Of a stretch of 64,000 nucleotides of DNA, positions 11,301 to 22,331 are shown in pieces. Position 1 is the stretch's first letter. Each line of letters opens with the position of its first letter. The stretch is from a virus. Its lineage: Duplodnaviria > Caudoviricetes. The stretch is from the IMG/VR virus record IMGVR_UViG_3300025640_001000; one strand, written 5' to 3'. The notes under the pieces are model-generated. The model was not told the origin of the DNA. It saw only the letters and a program-made list of their open reading frames with translations, and made no database searches. The position numbers and the translations under genes were made by a program.

Positions 11301-12517
11301 TGTGGAGTTATGGGGCAGGAGATCGATATCAACACGGCAACAACAGTGCAAGTAACTCAGCAACTCCTGTTCAACCTATTGCTAATGATGCTCCACTGGA
11401 AAACATTGTAAATGTTGCGGGTGGCCACTATTTTACTCTTGCCTTGGATACAAACAATAGATTGTGGGGATACGGAACTTCCGGAACATACGGTTCATTC
11501 GCAAGAACCTACAACAATAGAACAGGTAGTACCTCCGGATGGAGATATCAAGCAAGTCCATATAATACTTATGACCCGAGTGGTGCTGGTGGATTTAATT
11601 CTGGAGGTCATGCTTACACACAAAACACTGCACAACTATTAAATGACGGTGGACTTCGGGTTATTCCTGATTATGTTGGAAGAATTGTTGATATACAATG
11701 TGGGGGATATACAACATACATTTTAAACGAAGATGGAGAGTTGTTTAGTTGTGGATACAATGGCAATGGAGAACTTGGTCAACGTCACCTCCGTGGAAGA
11801 GAAGATGCGGATGCGGGTGTTACTGCTGGTAATTTACATAGTAGTTTTGGTCAAGTTTATCCGTATACATCAGTTCTTGATGCTCGTGTTAAAAAAATAA
11901 TTCCTGGTGGAAGTCATTGCTTGGTCATAATGGAAGATAATAAATTATATGGATGGGGAGCAAATAATCATTATCAACTTGGATTGTCCGAAGGAAATAC
12001 TGAGGGTCGTATTTTTAAAGATAAGCATCATACTCCTGTATTAATTGCAGACGATGTAGAAGATGCGTTCGCAGGAACATCCAATTCAGCATACAAGAAA
12101 TTAGACGGAAGTGTTTATGCAATGGGTTACAACATTGATGGTCAGATTGCTGGTTGGGGTGATGGTAGAACACTTGGTCTTGATAGACACGATGATATAT
12201 TCGGACTGAAAGACGAAACATCTCATGCTAAAACACCAATTTCTTGGTTTGAATCAAGTGATAGAATATTGGAAATTGCATTCGGAAATCACCACTCGGT
12301 GATAAAACGTGCCAAGGTGAATAGTGCCGAGAAAACTCAGATTGAGTGGTATTCTGCAGGAAGCAATCAATTTGGTCAACGTGCAATTGGACGTGATCCT
12401 GCAGGTGAAAACGGAAAGTGGACGGCAGACGATCACCAAGTATTGGATGTTACTAATATACCAGATTATGTCGGTTCGGATAAATGGGTGAAAATTCAAT
12501 CCATCACATTGGATTAA
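8363..12517 (+). CDS. RCC1/BLIP-II repeat protein (two propeller blocks) with an N-terminal cupredoxin-like module
   Basis: Many RCC1 repeats ([56 protein letters not shown]); GHPLNI...YQCSSHMSM. Confidence 0.85.
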   Translation: MKNDNNSNNDNVTAFDNQDNPIVILVGAGNMNTAPYYPFTFEEGGEVVTQLVAGTSYKFKAGEEYTGHPLNIGTGGSTAEPLEGLQPFRDGEDPSPAGIMPLNPNSYFNITVPESAESLNYQCSSHMSMFGTLTVVEPSAEDTTDDSSTEETTDTGSTAPGAVTMSLPDEIVVDKDNPNAGDFIYVSGRCYEKTNTSGEEHEVTHDQVFGGMLDTKSVTVVSPKDSPTVTSISRYDVIQKQFTGCDDCGSYGTRYRGQSKETGKDFKIKVIKEIDSDNGSVYRYKLNGEDRNGFFNLVTNRDLLFYDNDSVTFDIGSLSSADKSNFNVTAQNAADGENKRIVGNTRSDPGLYSKLRNTTSSINVGEYAYNENGNSDDMGGTILVKKNPYEDNIYYDEAKLKQFPDRLLATKSHSLLIKNDGRVYGTGYNSSFQLGIDRDRSNSSRRDTLTNWTPTLINEIGPIKKISGCGNHHCYITYDNKLYLSGQNDRGQLGRGDTAHSPKPQMAEINHATASEEGSETLYLSEDIHTRIIDADAGMYHTVALDVNQRIWVWGTSGTAGNMLLSFNNRTGSTSGWRYQESPYNTYDPSGAGGFNTGGHAYIQTRSILAYWGETSTTNSNPAKITNPDQFDSSTHIRQVACGLYTTFILNSAGKVYSCGYNANGELGQSSIDGRENADAGYAQNPHRSLGAVSSTGGNGEDTELIHVKKVITGDRHTLLLTYDEKLYGFGKNTNGCLGKDPTDDAYESKPILLSGEDKVYAASAGANSTAYITYEGKVKVAGSNINGKLGIDRFIEAPVPQVRASTEEITSFTESPNLTGVIEIKMGDQYTLGLMTDGQIIALGDNQYGSLGTRGSIDGNSDTYSRYDDADAGVNSNNLQNFGRTIDFKNTDKTLICMPNTTLIWQKEATTQKVQAAGRSAEYQGGYYNDVATAIAAEKDLTLINNTLSGTVTEDNATITKIVATHSNTVKMINSKGELWSYGAGDRYQHGNNSASNSATPVQPIANDAPLENIVNVAGGHYFTLALDTNNRLWGYGTSGTYGSFARTYNNRTGSTSGWRYQASPYNTYDPSGAGGFNSGGHAYTQNTAQLLNDGGLRVIPDYVGRIVDIQCGGYTTYILNEDGELFSCGYNGNGELGQRHLRGREDADAGVTAGNLHSSFGQVYPYTSVLDARVKKIIPGGSHCLVIMEDNKLYGWGANNHYQLGLSEGNTEGRIFKDKHHTPVLIADDVEDAFAGTSNSAYKKLDGSVYAMGYNIDGQIAGWGDGRTLGLDRHDDIFGLKDETSHAKTPISWFESSDRILEIAFGNHHSVIKRAKVNSAEKTQIEWYSAGSNQFGQRAIGRDPAGENGKWTADDHQVLDVTNIPDYVGSDKWVKIQSITLD
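10063..10169 (+). repeat. 107-bp direct repeat, copy 1 (copy 2 at 11512-11618)
   Basis: Direct comparison shows 2 mismatches; encodes [35 protein letters not shown]. Confidence 0.9.
11512..11618 (+). repeat. 107-bp direct repeat, copy 2
   Basis: See copy 1. Confidence 0.9.
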
Positions 12518-12519
12518 TT

Positions 12520-15513
12520 ATGACAGATTGTTTTCCAGCATCCTTCACAGAATTTAACTCAGACAACTTGTCTGCGTCAGGTGTAAGTGTATCTATTTTT
12601 CAGGCAGGTTTAAAACTTGCGTTGAATTCGGATTTGTTTACAACTGAAGGTAAACTTCCGATTGAAGGTAAGATATTTTTTAATTCGTTTAAACTTGCAA
12701 CTATTGCCTGCAAACCATTTGCAACAACGAATGATAAAATTCAAGATATATCCAAGTGGGTTGAAATTGCCGATAGAAAAATTTACTGCATGATAAATGG
12801 AAACTGCTATGAAGGAACAATCACCGATCCAGACGGATCACAATACTCAGGATCATCATTTCAGGTAAATTTAACACAGGTGGGTGAAACGGTTGTTTGT
12901 ACAGAAGATGCTAAAGAATGTCCTGATGGAAGTTTTGTATCAAGAGATCCTAATAATAATTGCGAGTTTCCTGAGTGTCCGTTGGTATCAGAACCATCTA
13001 CAACACCCACTCCTACTCCCACACCAACTCCACAAGTAACAATTCCAGATTCATCAACCAAGTTTACGGACATAAAAAATTGTATTGATAAAAAACCACA
13101 ATATCATTCATTGTTTAATTTGCAAGAAAATACTATGGATGACGGAGAGTTTGTGTGTACAGATGAATTGGATGGTCAAATTTCATTTTCAGTTCGTTCT
13201 GGTATGCCATTAACATTTCAATTATACTATAATAAATTACAATCAGGTGCATTTTCTTCGGCAGAGGATGTTCCTTTGGGTCGCATTGGTTCTCTTGTAT
13301 TTTTTGAAAAAGATGTTTCTGATTTATCACCTTCTAATTTTTCTGACCGAAAAGTTTGTTCGTTTTCAAAATACATTTATGGTGATGACGAATTGTTGAT
13401 TCAAATTGACTCAGCAACTGCAAGTAAGTTTGAAGTTAAAGAAGGATGTTATATTGCCGAATTTGGAAACTCAGATGATGTAAGTGTGAGTGAATGGGCA
13501 ACAGAAACTTTATTAGACGGTGATCTTACTATAACGGTGCTTAAAGAGTATAACGTTGCAACACCAACTCCTACACCTACACTTACACCAACTCCAACTG
13601 GAACTCTCACACCCACACCTACACCGACTCCCACACCAACTCCTACTGCACAATCATACAAAATATTTCCACTTCAACAAAAACCAGAGTCGTTGACATA
13701 TTACATGGGTTGGTATGGAATATGTGGATATGATTGCAAACCATACTCGTTGGTTGACGATCCACAAATAAGAAACAAGATTTTCAGAGTTTTGCAAATA
13801 AATAAACTCAACGACAATTATTCAATTTTTAATGCCGAATATGAACCTGCAATTGATGCATTTCAAGATTTTCTTGAATTGGAATGTCAACGACCTTACT
13901 TGATTGTATTAAGACCAGGTACCGATTCTATTCATATACCTGGATTTGTAGAAGCATCTGCAATTTCAGAAAATGCAGGTTTATTGACATTGTGGTGTGG
14001 ACCTATTACATATACCGCAGGTACACCAACTCCGACACCAACTCCGACACCAACTCCGTCACCTACGGGTACACCAACCGATACAACACCACCAACTCCA
14101 ACTCCATCACCATCACCAACTGTATCACCAACTGCAACATTGACCCCGACTCCAACTGTATCACCAACTGCAACATTGACCCCGACTGCAACCGAAACAC
14201 CTACTGCTACACCAACTTCAATGGTTGATCATTGTATCAAAAAAGATTGCGAAATATCGGTAGTAGATAGCAAGTATAATTTTGGAGATATGGGTTATGT
14301 AATGCCATATAAATTGAATGTGGGTATATACAAATTAACCGGAGTTCCAACCAATCATCCTATATTTCTAAAAGACCACGATGAATCAAAAATAAAGTTG
14401 GAAGGTGACGAAGCAAACAAAGTTACTGACTCAGGAAAAACAGGATACACGGGAGATGTTACATTGACTGTTTACTCTGACTTTGGTGTGGTGAGTTATG
14501 CGTGTGTATATCACGGATATATGGGTGGAGAAAACAATTTACAATTTAGTAATTCATGTGGTGTGGGTTACGATGGTTTACCGGAAACGAACGATTCAAC
14601 CGAAGGTGAAACTGAAGAACCACCTGCCGAAGAACCACCTGAAGGTGAAACTGAAGAACCACCTGTTGAAGAACCACCTGTTGAAGAACCAACTGAAGGT
14701 GAAACTGAAGAACCAATTTTAGAACTTGAATTTAGGTGGTATGAAATAAACGGAAAAGAGATACTGCAAGTTAAAAATCTTTTGCAACCGACACACGAAG
14801 TGGACGGAGAAAAAGCATTTGGTAACAGAGATATGTCGTATTGGTCAACGTTGTATGGTGTAGCACCAACTTCAATGGAATCAAGTTATACACTTGCCCA
14901 CCAAGCATGGCCAGATGCAGCTGTAAGTGAGAGTCATTCTGATGCAGAAATCTCATTTGATGGATTAACAATTAAATTAGATGGTTCTCAATCGTCTAAC
15001 GATGGTTATTTACAACTTTATGTCAATTTAGCAGAATCAAAACATATATTTCTTGGTGCAAGTGATGCGGTAAATTTATCTGGAGATGTTCCAATGTTTA
15101 TTTATTCAGGTGACAACTCGGATTCAGAAAATAGCGCACTCGGTAAAACCAATATGTGGCCAGTTGTTGTAAAAGGTGCTGATTCAGAATCTACAATGGA
15201 CTTTGAATCAATGTCCAACGAATATCAACAACTTCCACAGGCCGACCGGAATGATCATTCTGAGGCAAAGGGTGAAGTGGTTTATGAAAATTTAGAAGGT
15301 GGGTTTTATGGAATCGTAGTTTATGATGCGAGTGGAAATCCACTTGCAAAATATCTACCAATTAATCTTCAGGATAAACTAAAAGAAGACGTAGGTAATA
15401 CCATAAAATTGCAAAGTTTTTATTCAGAGAAAGATGCAATGAGTATCTTCATGTGGGGTACACTTGTGTATGTGGAAGCATATACAATTGAAGCAGATCA
15501 AATTGCATTTTAA
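12520..15513 (+). CDS. Mosaic modular protein: module B, CTxDAKxCPDG Cys motif, internal module A, PT linkers, cupredoxin-like module, acidic repeats, C-terminal EGGFYGI domain
   Basis: ATG at 12520 follows the upstream stop by 2 nt. Motifs: [29 protein letters not shown]; [13 protein letters not shown]; NHPIF...[11 protein letters not shown]; EGETEEPP repeats; LEGGFYGIV...SIFMWGT. Confidence 0.7.
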   Translation: MTDCFPASFTEFNSDNLSASGVSVSIFQAGLKLALNSDLFTTEGKLPIEGKIFFNSFKLATIACKPFATTNDKIQDISKWVEIADRKIYCMINGNCYEGTITDPDGSQYSGSSFQVNLTQVGETVVCTEDAKECPDGSFVSRDPNNNCEFPECPLVSEPSTTPTPTPTPTPQVTIPDSSTKFTDIKNCIDKKPQYHSLFNLQENTMDDGEFVCTDELDGQISFSVRSGMPLTFQLYYNKLQSGAFSSAEDVPLGRIGSLVFFEKDVSDLSPSNFSDRKVCSFSKYIYGDDELLIQIDSATASKFEVKEGCYIAEFGNSDDVSVSEWATETLLDGDLTITVLKEYNVATPTPTPTLTPTPTGTLTPTPTPTPTPTPTAQSYKIFPLQQKPESLTYYMGWYGICGYDCKPYSLVDDPQIRNKIFRVLQINKLNDNYSIFNAEYEPAIDAFQDFLELECQRPYLIVLRPGTDSIHIPGFVEASAISENAGLLTLWCGPITYTAGTPTPTPTPTPTPSPTGTPTDTTPPTPTPSPSPTVSPTATLTPTPTVSPTATLTPTATETPTATPTSMVDHCIKKDCEISVVDSKYNFGDMGYVMPYKLNVGIYKLTGVPTNHPIFLKDHDESKIKLEGDEANKVTDSGKTGYTGDVTLTVYSDFGVVSYACVYHGYMGGENNLQFSNSCGVGYDGLPETNDSTEGETEEPPAEEPPEGETEEPPVEEPPVEEPTEGETEEPILELEFRWYEINGKEILQVKNLLQPTHEVDGEKAFGNRDMSYWSTLYGVAPTSMESSYTLAHQAWPDAAVSESHSDAEISFDGLTIKLDGSQSSNDGYLQLYVNLAESKHIFLGASDAVNLSGDVPMFIYSGDNSDSENSALGKTNMWPVVVKGADSESTMDFESMSNEYQQLPQADRNDHSEAKGEVVYENLEGGFYGIVVYDASGNPLAKYLPINLQDKLKEDVGNTIKLQSFYSEKDAMSIFMWGTLVYVEAYTIEADQIAF
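14116..14187 (+). repeat. 2 x 36-bp perfect tandem repeat in a PT linker
   Basis: ccaactgtatcaccaactgcaacattgaccccgact twice. Confidence 0.9.
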
Positions 15514-15563
15514 ATTCAACAATTGTTGTTTGTCTAGTTATTATAAAAACTCCTTCCGTTGAC

Positions 15564-15571
15564 TATTTATA
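15564..15571 (+). promoter_or_regulatory. TATTTATA putative late-promoter motif
   Basis: Upstream of 15604. Confidence 0.55.
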
Positions 15572-15603
15572 ATCAGAAATGATTATTAAATGGGGGGTGT
15601 TAA

Positions 15604-16239
15604 ATGAAGCAAATAAGTTGGCAATATAAACTTAGAAACTTTACATCGGTTGATGTAGGTGTATTTGAAAATTACTTTGAAGAATTACCGTATGATCCGT
15701 ATGTTAAAGGCAATTTTAGAAAACGAAGATTTTCTTCTATCAAAAAAGATCATTACGGAAAATTTGAGATTCTTCCACATAAAACTTTCACTCAGTCAGC
15801 AGATGTAAATGATTTGCTTGGTGATGTTGTTAGAGAATATGAAGAAATTGAAGAGAACCTTATTTTATCAGATGACTTTTCTAAAATTGTAGAAGGATTC
15901 GCTGCTCTTGCAGGAGTTAATCCTTATATCCAAGAAATCGGAATTCATCAAATGCGTATTTTGTGTTCAGAATATATCAAAGGAGAACCTGCACCTGAAG
16001 GACGACATCAAGATGGATTTGATGTTATTGGTATTTTTTGTGCGAGACGAATCAAGGTTGATGGTGGTGTTAGTGAATTGTTTCTTGGTAAAGAGGACGA
16101 AGATGCAATTTTAGAAAAAATGCTCGAAGAAAATGAACTACTTGTGGTAAATGATCGTGAGGTATTTCACAACGCAACAAAATTGAGTCCAGTTGATATG
16201 GAACTTGGATACAGAGATGTATTCGTTTTTACTGCATGA
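15604..16239 (+). CDS. 2OG-Fe(II) dioxygenase (PF10014 / BsmA / isoleucine-dioxygenase-like family)
   Basis: LPYDPY...RKRRFS, PEGRHQDG (HxD), FHNAT (distal His), RDVFVFT (2OG-binding Arg). Confidence 0.85.
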   Translation: MKQISWQYKLRNFTSVDVGVFENYFEELPYDPYVKGNFRKRRFSSIKKDHYGKFEILPHKTFTQSADVNDLLGDVVREYEEIEENLILSDDFSKIVEGFAALAGVNPYIQEIGIHQMRILCSEYIKGEPAPEGRHQDGFDVIGIFCARRIKVDGGVSELFLGKEDEDAILEKMLEENELLVVNDREVFHNATKLSPVDMELGYRDVFVFTA

Positions 16240-17465
16240 AAGATGTAGGTCAAATAAGAAGTTCGTTTCCTGCGTTGAAACGAAAAGCACAAAACGGAAA
16301 ACCGGCAATTTACTTTGACGGACCTGGTGCTTCTCAAATGCCGAAACAAGTGCATCGTGCTTACACGGATCATGTTTTAAACAACAAAGCAAATGCAGGT
16401 GGATACTTTGAAACGAGTGTAAATACAAACGAAGCAGTTGAATGTGCAAGAGCATCTCTTGCATTGTTTATGAATTGCGATGACAATGAAATAGTAATGG
16501 GAGCAAATGCAACCACAAGTATATTTCAGTTTAGTCGTGCATTAAGCAGAAATTGGACATCTGAAGATGAAATTATAGTTACCAAGTTGGATCACTTTGC
16601 AAATGTATCTCCTTGGTTGGAAGTTGCCAAAGATAAAAATTGCAAAACAACTTCAATTGGTTTTGATGCAGATACAGGTGAATACAATTTAGCAGACTTT
16701 GAAAAAGCAATTACCAATAAAACAAAATTAGTCGCAGTTAATTATGCTTGCAATGCAATTGGTACGATTAATCCAATCAAAGAAATTACAAAGATTGCTC
16801 ATGCGAAAGGTGCAATGGTATTCGTTGATGCAGTTCATTATGCACCACATGGTTTAATTGATGTACAGAACCTCGATTGTGACTTTTTGGTAACAAGTGT
16901 GTATAAGTATTTTGGACCTCATATAAGTGCAGTATTCGCAAAGAAAAAGCATTTGCAGAACTTTTCTCCGTACAAGGTTGAACCTGCGATTGATAAAATA
17001 CCAAATTGTTGGGAAACCGGTACTCCAGACTTTTCTGCAATATCAGCAATTCCAAGTACAATCAAATACATCATTTCATTGTCAGGCAATTCAAGTCCGA
17101 CACGTAAAAATTTAGAACTTGCTTATCAGAATATCGTTGAATATGAAAATGAGTTGAGTAGATACTTTCTGCAAAAGGTCTCGGCGTTAACACACGTTAA
17201 ATTGTATGGACTATCTGATGTCAACGATGTAGCAAAACGAACTCCTACATTTGGATTAACAGTCAACGGAAAAACATCACACCAAGTTGCGGAGTATCTT
17301 GCCAAACATGGTATATTTTCTTGGAGTGGTCATTTTTATGCTTTGGATGTGGTTCGTGAATACAATCTAGAGAAAGATGGTTTGTTGAGAATTGGAATGC
17401 TTCATTACAATACAAAACGAGAAATAAAAGAATTGATTTCTATATTGAGTCTTATAAAAACATAA
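16236..17465 (+). CDS. Class V PLP enzyme, cysteine desulfurase-like (VC1184-type) lacking the catalytic Cys
   Basis: IYFDGPGASQ, DHFANVSPW, DAVHYAPH, SVYKYFGPH (PLP Lys), ETGT; WSGHFYA where SufS has RxGHHCA. ATGA overlap with the upstream gene. Confidence 0.85.
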   Translation: MKDVGQIRSSFPALKRKAQNGKPAIYFDGPGASQMPKQVHRAYTDHVLNNKANAGGYFETSVNTNEAVECARASLALFMNCDDNEIVMGANATTSIFQFSRALSRNWTSEDEIIVTKLDHFANVSPWLEVAKDKNCKTTSIGFDADTGEYNLADFEKAITNKTKLVAVNYACNAIGTINPIKEITKIAHAKGAMVFVDAVHYAPHGLIDVQNLDCDFLVTSVYKYFGPHISAVFAKKKHLQNFSPYKVEPAIDKIPNCWETGTPDFSAISAIPSTIKYIISLSGNSSPTRKNLELAYQNIVEYENELSRYFLQKVSALTHVKLYGLSDVNDVAKRTPTFGLTVNGKTSHQVAEYLAKHGIFSWSGHFYALDVVREYNLEKDGLLRIGMLHYNTKREIKELISILSLIKT

Positions 17466-17473
17466 GTAAATAA

Positions 17474-17481
17474 TATTTATA
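17474..17481 (+). promoter_or_regulatory. TATTTATA putative late-promoter motif
   Basis: Upstream of 17515. Confidence 0.55.
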
Positions 17482-17514
17482 TTAATCAAACTTAAATAAG
17501 AGTAGGGGGATAAA

Positions 17515-20154
17515 ATGGCAGTAGAAAGATTTATTACAGAAAGTGGTTCGTTGTCACTTGAACAAATGGGGTCACAAACTTCACCTGTTAGAGTGTATTT
17601 TGTGGTCGCATTAGACGAGTCACCTCAAATAAGTTGTGAAGTTCAATTTGCCGAAGAGTCTGGTTTAGGAAATGTAGAATCACTTGTATGTCCATACGTT
17701 AGTTCTATTGAAGGTGAGCATTTTTATTCATGTACATACAAACCACTTTTATATTTGTATTTAACTGGTGACGAAAACAATCAGGATAGTGATTTGTGTA
17801 TTGAAAATAATACCACTGTTACTGATGCCAATGGCAAACTTATATTAAACGGAGAAACTGTACATGGTAGATTTGCATTAAATGTCGGAGAATATAATTT
17901 AGTGGTAGCTGAAGCACATCCAATTCGTTTAATTGATAATGATACCTCTAAAATACGCATCACAGGTCAGTTCACACACACAAACGGTTCAAGTAATGTT
18001 GGTTATCATGGAAATGTGGTAATATCTGTATATGAAGATTTTGGTACAATTTCTTACGAATGTACCAAGCACGGAGCAATGGGTGGAACAGATAATTTAA
18101 TTTTTAATACAAAGTGTAAACTTGGAGAACCAATTATACCAACTCCAACCCCGAGTCCATCGGCAACTCCTTCTCCGAGTGTTACGTTAGATTCAGGACC
18201 TCAAGGACCAAGTGGAGAGGGTTATACATTTTCAACAAAAGCAGACCTTCAAACTGCGGTAAATGCTTGGAATGACGATTCAATCTCTGCAACAGAAACT
18301 TACGGAGATATCAATACATGGGATGTTAGTGCGATTACGAATATGGCACTGATGTTTAACAACAAAACTAATATTACCTCTCTTGATCTTAGTGGGTGGG
18401 ATACAAGTAATGTGACGATTACGAGTGCTATGTTCCAAGGTTGTTCATCTTTAACTTCTATAACTTTCGGAATCAATTTTGATACAAGTAATGTAGAGTA
18501 TATGAATGGTATGTTCTACGAATGCAATAACCTAATTTCTTTAGATTTAAGCAATTTTGATACAAGTAGTGTGACGAATATGGCTAATATGTTTTCCTAC
18601 TGCTCCTCTCTAACCTCTATAACTTTCGGAGAAATTTTTAGTGGGGATGACATGAACTGGATGTTCCAAAATTGTTCTGCTTTAACTTCTTTAGATTTAA
18701 GTTCTTTTGATACAAGTAGTGTGACGGGTATGACTGGAATGTTTGTTAATTGTTCTGCTTTAACTTCTATAACCTTCGGAGATAATTTTGATACAAGTGA
18801 TGTGACGAGTATGGGTTTTATGTTCCACAATTGTTCATCTTTAACTTCTCTTGATATAAGTGGTTGGTGTGTAACACAAATTGACTATGTACCATTTCGT
18901 TTCACCGAGAATGCACCATTTGCAAATGATCCAAGCAATCTTCCAAATTGGGGATATTGTCCTGTAACAGGAGTAATTTCTGGTGCCACTAACATTGGTG
19001 ATGATACTTTAAATGTAAGCAATTCTGCGGAATTTACAATCGGAGACCAACTTGTAATTGATCGTGGAACAAGTTCGGAAGAAACAACTACAATTATAGA
19101 TAAAGGATCGTTGGTCATTTATCCTGCATTAACAAAATCTCATGCAGATAATGCTACGGTAGAATCAAGACCCGCAGTTCCATCACCAACTCCTTCTCCG
19201 AGTCCATCACCAACTCCTTCTCTGAGTCCATCACCAACTCCTTCTCCGAGTCCATCACCAACTCCTTCTCCGAGTGTAACACCAAGTCCTTCTCCGAGTG
19301 TAACACCAAGTCCGAGTCCATCACCAACTCCTTCTCCAACTGAATCTCCTACTTATGTAGAAACTTACATTGATGATCCATCACCAACTCCTTCTCCAAC
19401 TGAATCTCCTACTTATGTAGAAACTTACATTGATGATCCATCACCAACTCCTTCTCCGAGTGTAACACCAAGTCCGACAATTACGACAAGTCCGTCACCA
19501 AGTCCGTCTGCAACCGAAACTCCCACACCAGTTCCATTCAATATGAAAACTGTTGATTTTACTGATCCAGATTTAATATTTTATGTTTCAATTAGCAATA
19601 TTCAAGGTGCATATTATAATAATGGAAAAACTTTGGTTGGTAACTTTAATCAAAATGATAACACTTCACTTAGTAATGAGGACGGCCTTATTTTGGGAAA
19701 TACCACTTCCTCTGCTCCCTACATGAACCACCTCCGGTACGTAATACAGGTAGATTTAATTGATCCAGTTAGTTCTGATATAAAAACATGGGCTTCTTCT
19801 TTCGATGCACCTGTGGAATTGGGCAGCTCCACAAACAGTTTGGGAGGCTCGTATAACGTTTCTGGATTTATCTTATTTGGTACAAAAGCAGATGCAAGTC
19901 AATTTGATGGATACATCTTACATGACATAAAAATCGATGAAAAATTCAAAACTTCCTCAAGTTATCCAGGTGCAGAATTTACTTTAAATTTATATTCTCA
20001 TAGTTCAAGTTCCAATCTATACAACGGAGTTAAACTTGGAACACTTTTATATACAACGTCTACGTGTGGTACACTCAGAAGTCCCGTGACCTCGCACAAC
20101 AATCAGGCGGGATATTGGTGGTCAGTTACATCTAGATCGTGGGATGCCAACTGA
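17515..20154 (+). CDS. Modular protein: cupredoxin-like module, DUF285/BspA repeats, long PS/PT linker, unknown C-terminal domain
   Basis: AHPIRL...[11 protein letters not shown]; [33 protein letters not shown] repeats; (PSPT)n. Confidence 0.8.
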   Translation: MAVERFITESGSLSLEQMGSQTSPVRVYFVVALDESPQISCEVQFAEESGLGNVESLVCPYVSSIEGEHFYSCTYKPLLYLYLTGDENNQDSDLCIENNTTVTDANGKLILNGETVHGRFALNVGEYNLVVAEAHPIRLIDNDTSKIRITGQFTHTNGSSNVGYHGNVVISVYEDFGTISYECTKHGAMGGTDNLIFNTKCKLGEPIIPTPTPSPSATPSPSVTLDSGPQGPSGEGYTFSTKADLQTAVNAWNDDSISATETYGDINTWDVSAITNMALMFNNKTNITSLDLSGWDTSNVTITSAMFQGCSSLTSITFGINFDTSNVEYMNGMFYECNNLISLDLSNFDTSSVTNMANMFSYCSSLTSITFGEIFSGDDMNWMFQNCSALTSLDLSSFDTSSVTGMTGMFVNCSALTSITFGDNFDTSDVTSMGFMFHNCSSLTSLDISGWCVTQIDYVPFRFTENAPFANDPSNLPNWGYCPVTGVISGATNIGDDTLNVSNSAEFTIGDQLVIDRGTSSEETTTIIDKGSLVIYPALTKSHADNATVESRPAVPSPTPSPSPSPTPSLSPSPTPSPSPSPTPSPSVTPSPSPSVTPSPSPSPTPSPTESPTYVETYIDDPSPTPSPTESPTYVETYIDDPSPTPSPSVTPSPTITTSPSPSPSATETPTPVPFNMKTVDFTDPDLIFYVSISNIQGAYYNNGKTLVGNFNQNDNTSLSNEDGLILGNTTSSAPYMNHLRYVIQVDLIDPVSSDIKTWASSFDAPVELGSSTNSLGGSYNVSGFILFGTKADASQFDGYILHDIKIDEKFKTSSSYPGAEFTLNLYSHSSSSNLYNGVKLGTLLYTTSTCGTLRSPVTSHNNQAGYWWSVTSRSWDAN
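19321..19440 (+). repeat. 2 x 60-bp perfect tandem repeat inside a longer PS/PT array (about 19180-19530)
   Basis: Lines 19321 and 19381 are identical; unit encodes [20 protein letters not shown]. Confidence 0.95.
19465..19505 (+). repeat. 41-bp linker segment identical to 58097-58137
   Basis: acaccaagtccgacaattacgacaagtccgtcaccaagtcc at both sites. Confidence 0.9.
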
Positions 20155-20343
20155 GACATCAGTAACGGATCATCTTCAAATGAATATATGGTTTATTTAG
20201 ATGGTGGGGTGATCCTTGGAACTTTAAGCATTCCTGCTTAATACATTTTAAAAATAATTATATGTTCTAATTTTATAGTGTTTGTAAATATTCACGATAT
20301 TACTATATTGATTATATCAATCGTATAAAGTTTGAGTAATATA

Positions 20344-20351
20344 TATTTATA
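20344..20351 (+). promoter_or_regulatory. TATTTATA putative late-promoter motif
   Basis: 4 nt before ATG 20356. Confidence 0.55.
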
Positions 20352-20355
20352 GATT

Positions 20356-20880
20356 ATGCAATCTATAAAACTTAAAGATTTGTTACCCGAAGGATTATTT
20401 GATAAACCATCTTTTGCAAGAACTGAACGAGTTCATGCGGAAATGAATAAAATTGATTCTAAAACAATTCTTCGTAAATACAAAGCAACAAATCAGAAAC
20501 TTCATAAAAAACCAAATGGATTTTGGTATGCATTTGGAAACGAGTGGACGGATTATGTAAATGGTGTAGGGGGTGGTTTTGAATCACAATACAATTGGTA
20601 TTACAAAGTAAATGTAAACGGTTGTAAAATGCGTGAGTTAAAATCTGAAAAAGACATCGTAGAATTTACAAAAGAATACACAGACTTTGACGGTACAGAT
20701 GAAACTTTATTTGCAACATTTTTTATTGATTGGAATTTGGTTGCAAAAGATTATGACGGAATAGAAGTATTTCCATTTCCCAAGAAAAATATGCCTGAAG
20801 CAAAGTGGTTAAAGTCATGGGATGTAAGTAGTGGTTGCGTTTGGAACACAAACAAGGTAAAATTAGAATTTGTGGGATAA
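20356..20880 (+). CDS. Hypothetical protein with IKLKDLLxE leader; ADP-ribosyltransferase-like fold is speculative
   Basis: MQSIKLKDLLPEG; KPNGFWYA, AKDYDGIEV, WDVSSGCVWN; preceded by TATTTATA. Confidence 0.6.
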   Translation: MQSIKLKDLLPEGLFDKPSFARTERVHAEMNKIDSKTILRKYKATNQKLHKKPNGFWYAFGNEWTDYVNGVGGGFESQYNWYYKVNVNGCKMRELKSEKDIVEFTKEYTDFDGTDETLFATFFIDWNLVAKDYDGIEVFPFPKKNMPEAKWLKSWDVSSGCVWNTNKVKLEFVG

Positions 20881-20885
20881 TTAAA

Positions 20886-22331
20886 ATGGCAATTATTAAA
20901 TTAAAAGATTTATTGATGGAGGGTGCGAAAGAAAAAGCAACATTAGACTTCCTTAAACAACTTATTAGAAAAAGTCCATACGAAGGAAAGGTATTTCTTG
21001 CAGGTGGAGCAGTTCGTGATGAACTCATGGGAATTGATGCAAATGATTTGGACTTTGTTATTAATCTTGAGGATGGAGGAGCAAAGTTTGCAGAATGGGC
21101 AACCAAGAAGATCGGTAACTATAAAAAAGGATCGAATCCTGTAACCTATGAAACATACGGAACTGCGAAGTTTAATTTAGTTGGAGTAGAACACAAAGGA
21201 TTTAAATTGGATGACATGGATATTGATTGTGTTATGCCACGTACTGAGGAATACGAAGAAGGAAGTCGTAAACCAAAAGTTGATTCGGGATCACTTAAAG
21301 ATGATGTAGATCGCCGAGATTTCACAACAAATAGTTTGCTTAAAAATTTAAGCACAGGTGAAATACTTGATTTAACAGGTATGGGAAAGCAAGATATCAA
21401 AGACGGTGTAGTAAGAACACCTCTTGATCCTAACGTAATTTTCTCGGAAGACCCACTTCGTATGCTTCGTGCGATTCGTTTTACAATGAAATACAATTGG
21501 AAGTTACCATTGTTTATGATCAAGGCACTTAAAAACAATGCGAGCAAACTCAAGCAAATAAGTGTAGAACGAGTTCAAGAAGAACTCAACAAAATGCTGA
21601 TGACCGATTCTCCTGATCGTGCAATCAAACTTCTGCAAATTACAGGACTCAGCAAATATGTTTTTCCTGAATTAGATCGTTTGATAAAACTTGAACAAAA
21701 CAAGTATCACAAAGAAGATGCAATGGAACATACTTTAAGTGTTGTTAAAGGCACTCCCAAGAACCTTGTAACTCGTTTAATGGCATTGTTCCATGATATT
21801 GGTAAAGAAGCAACCAAAGAAGTTATCGGCAAAGAAATTCATTTTTATGGTCACGAAAAAATTGGTGCGGAAATGACCGAAAAGATTTTAACAAGATTGA
21901 AATATCCTAACAAAATCATAGATGCAGTTGTAAAGGGTGTTGCAAATCATATGAAATTGAAACACGGAGGACCTGATTCGTTTGGAGCAACCGACAAAAC
22001 ACTTCGTAAATTCAAAGTAAATATGGGTGACCACCTTGAAGATGTTCTTAATTTAATACACGCAGATAATATTGCCCACGAAGCAGGATTTGATATGCCG
22101 AATCAAATTGATGCAATTCGCAAACGTCTTGATACACTTGGAATACCACAGGGCAAATTGAAACTTCCAATCAACGGAAAAGACATACTGAAAAAATATA
22201 AGTTGAAATCTGGTAGCATTATTGGTGACCTTCTTGCAATCGTAAAAGACGAATATTTGGAAAATCCAAAAGTAACTGCAAATAAGATTTATCCAAAACT
22301 TGAAAAGTATTTGAAAGATCATCCTCAGTAA
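20886..22331 (+). CDS. cca: Class II CCA-adding tRNA nucleotidyltransferase with HD phosphohydrolase domain
   Basis: LAGGAVRD...DLD, RTEEYEEGSRKP loop, RRDFTTN, EDPLRMLRAIRF; HD domain HT...ALFHDIGK...HFYGHE. ATG at 20886 gives MAIIKLKDLLME. Confidence 0.92.
   Translation: MAIIKLKDLLMEGAKEKATLDFLKQLIRKSPYEGKVFLAGGAVRDELMGIDANDLDFVINLEDGGAKFAEWATKKIGNYKKGSNPVTYETYGTAKFNLVGVEHKGFKLDDMDIDCVMPRTEEYEEGSRKPKVDSGSLKDDVDRRDFTTNSLLKNLSTGEILDLTGMGKQDIKDGVVRTPLDPNVIFSEDPLRMLRAIRFTMKYNWKLPLFMIKALKNNASKLKQISVERVQEELNKMLMTDSPDRAIKLLQITGLSKYVFPELDRLIKLEQNKYHKEDAMEHTLSVVKGTPKNLVTRLMALFHDIGKEATKEVIGKEIHFYGHEKIGAEMTEKILTRLKYPNKIIDAVVKGVANHMKLKHGGPDSFGATDKTLRKFKVNMGDHLEDVLNLIHADNIAHEAGFDMPNQIDAIRKRLDTLGIPQGKLKLPINGKDILKKYKLKSGSIIGDLLAIVKDEYLENPKVTANKIYPKLEKYLKDHPQ

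Noticed and set aside
10063-11618. Diversity-generating retroelement template/variable repeat pair (both mismatches fall at adenines of copy 1)
   Set aside because: Only two mismatches, both copies are in-frame and internal to one gene, and there is no reverse transcriptase in the window.
15517-15528. CAACAATTGTTG palindrome as a terminator
   Set aside because: Short, AT-rich and loopless, with no convincing U-tract.
16236-17465. True SufS/IscS cysteine desulfurase
   Set aside because: The catalytic Cys motif is replaced by GHFYA.
19180-19530. CRISPR-like array in the regular short repeats
   Set aside because: They are in-frame Pro/Ser/Thr codon repeats with no unique spacers and no cas genes.
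20886-22331. Poly(A) polymerase (pcnB)
   Set aside because: It lacks the [LIV][LIV]G[RK][RK]F signature and has the ExY...SRxP loop and HD domain typical of CCA enzymes.
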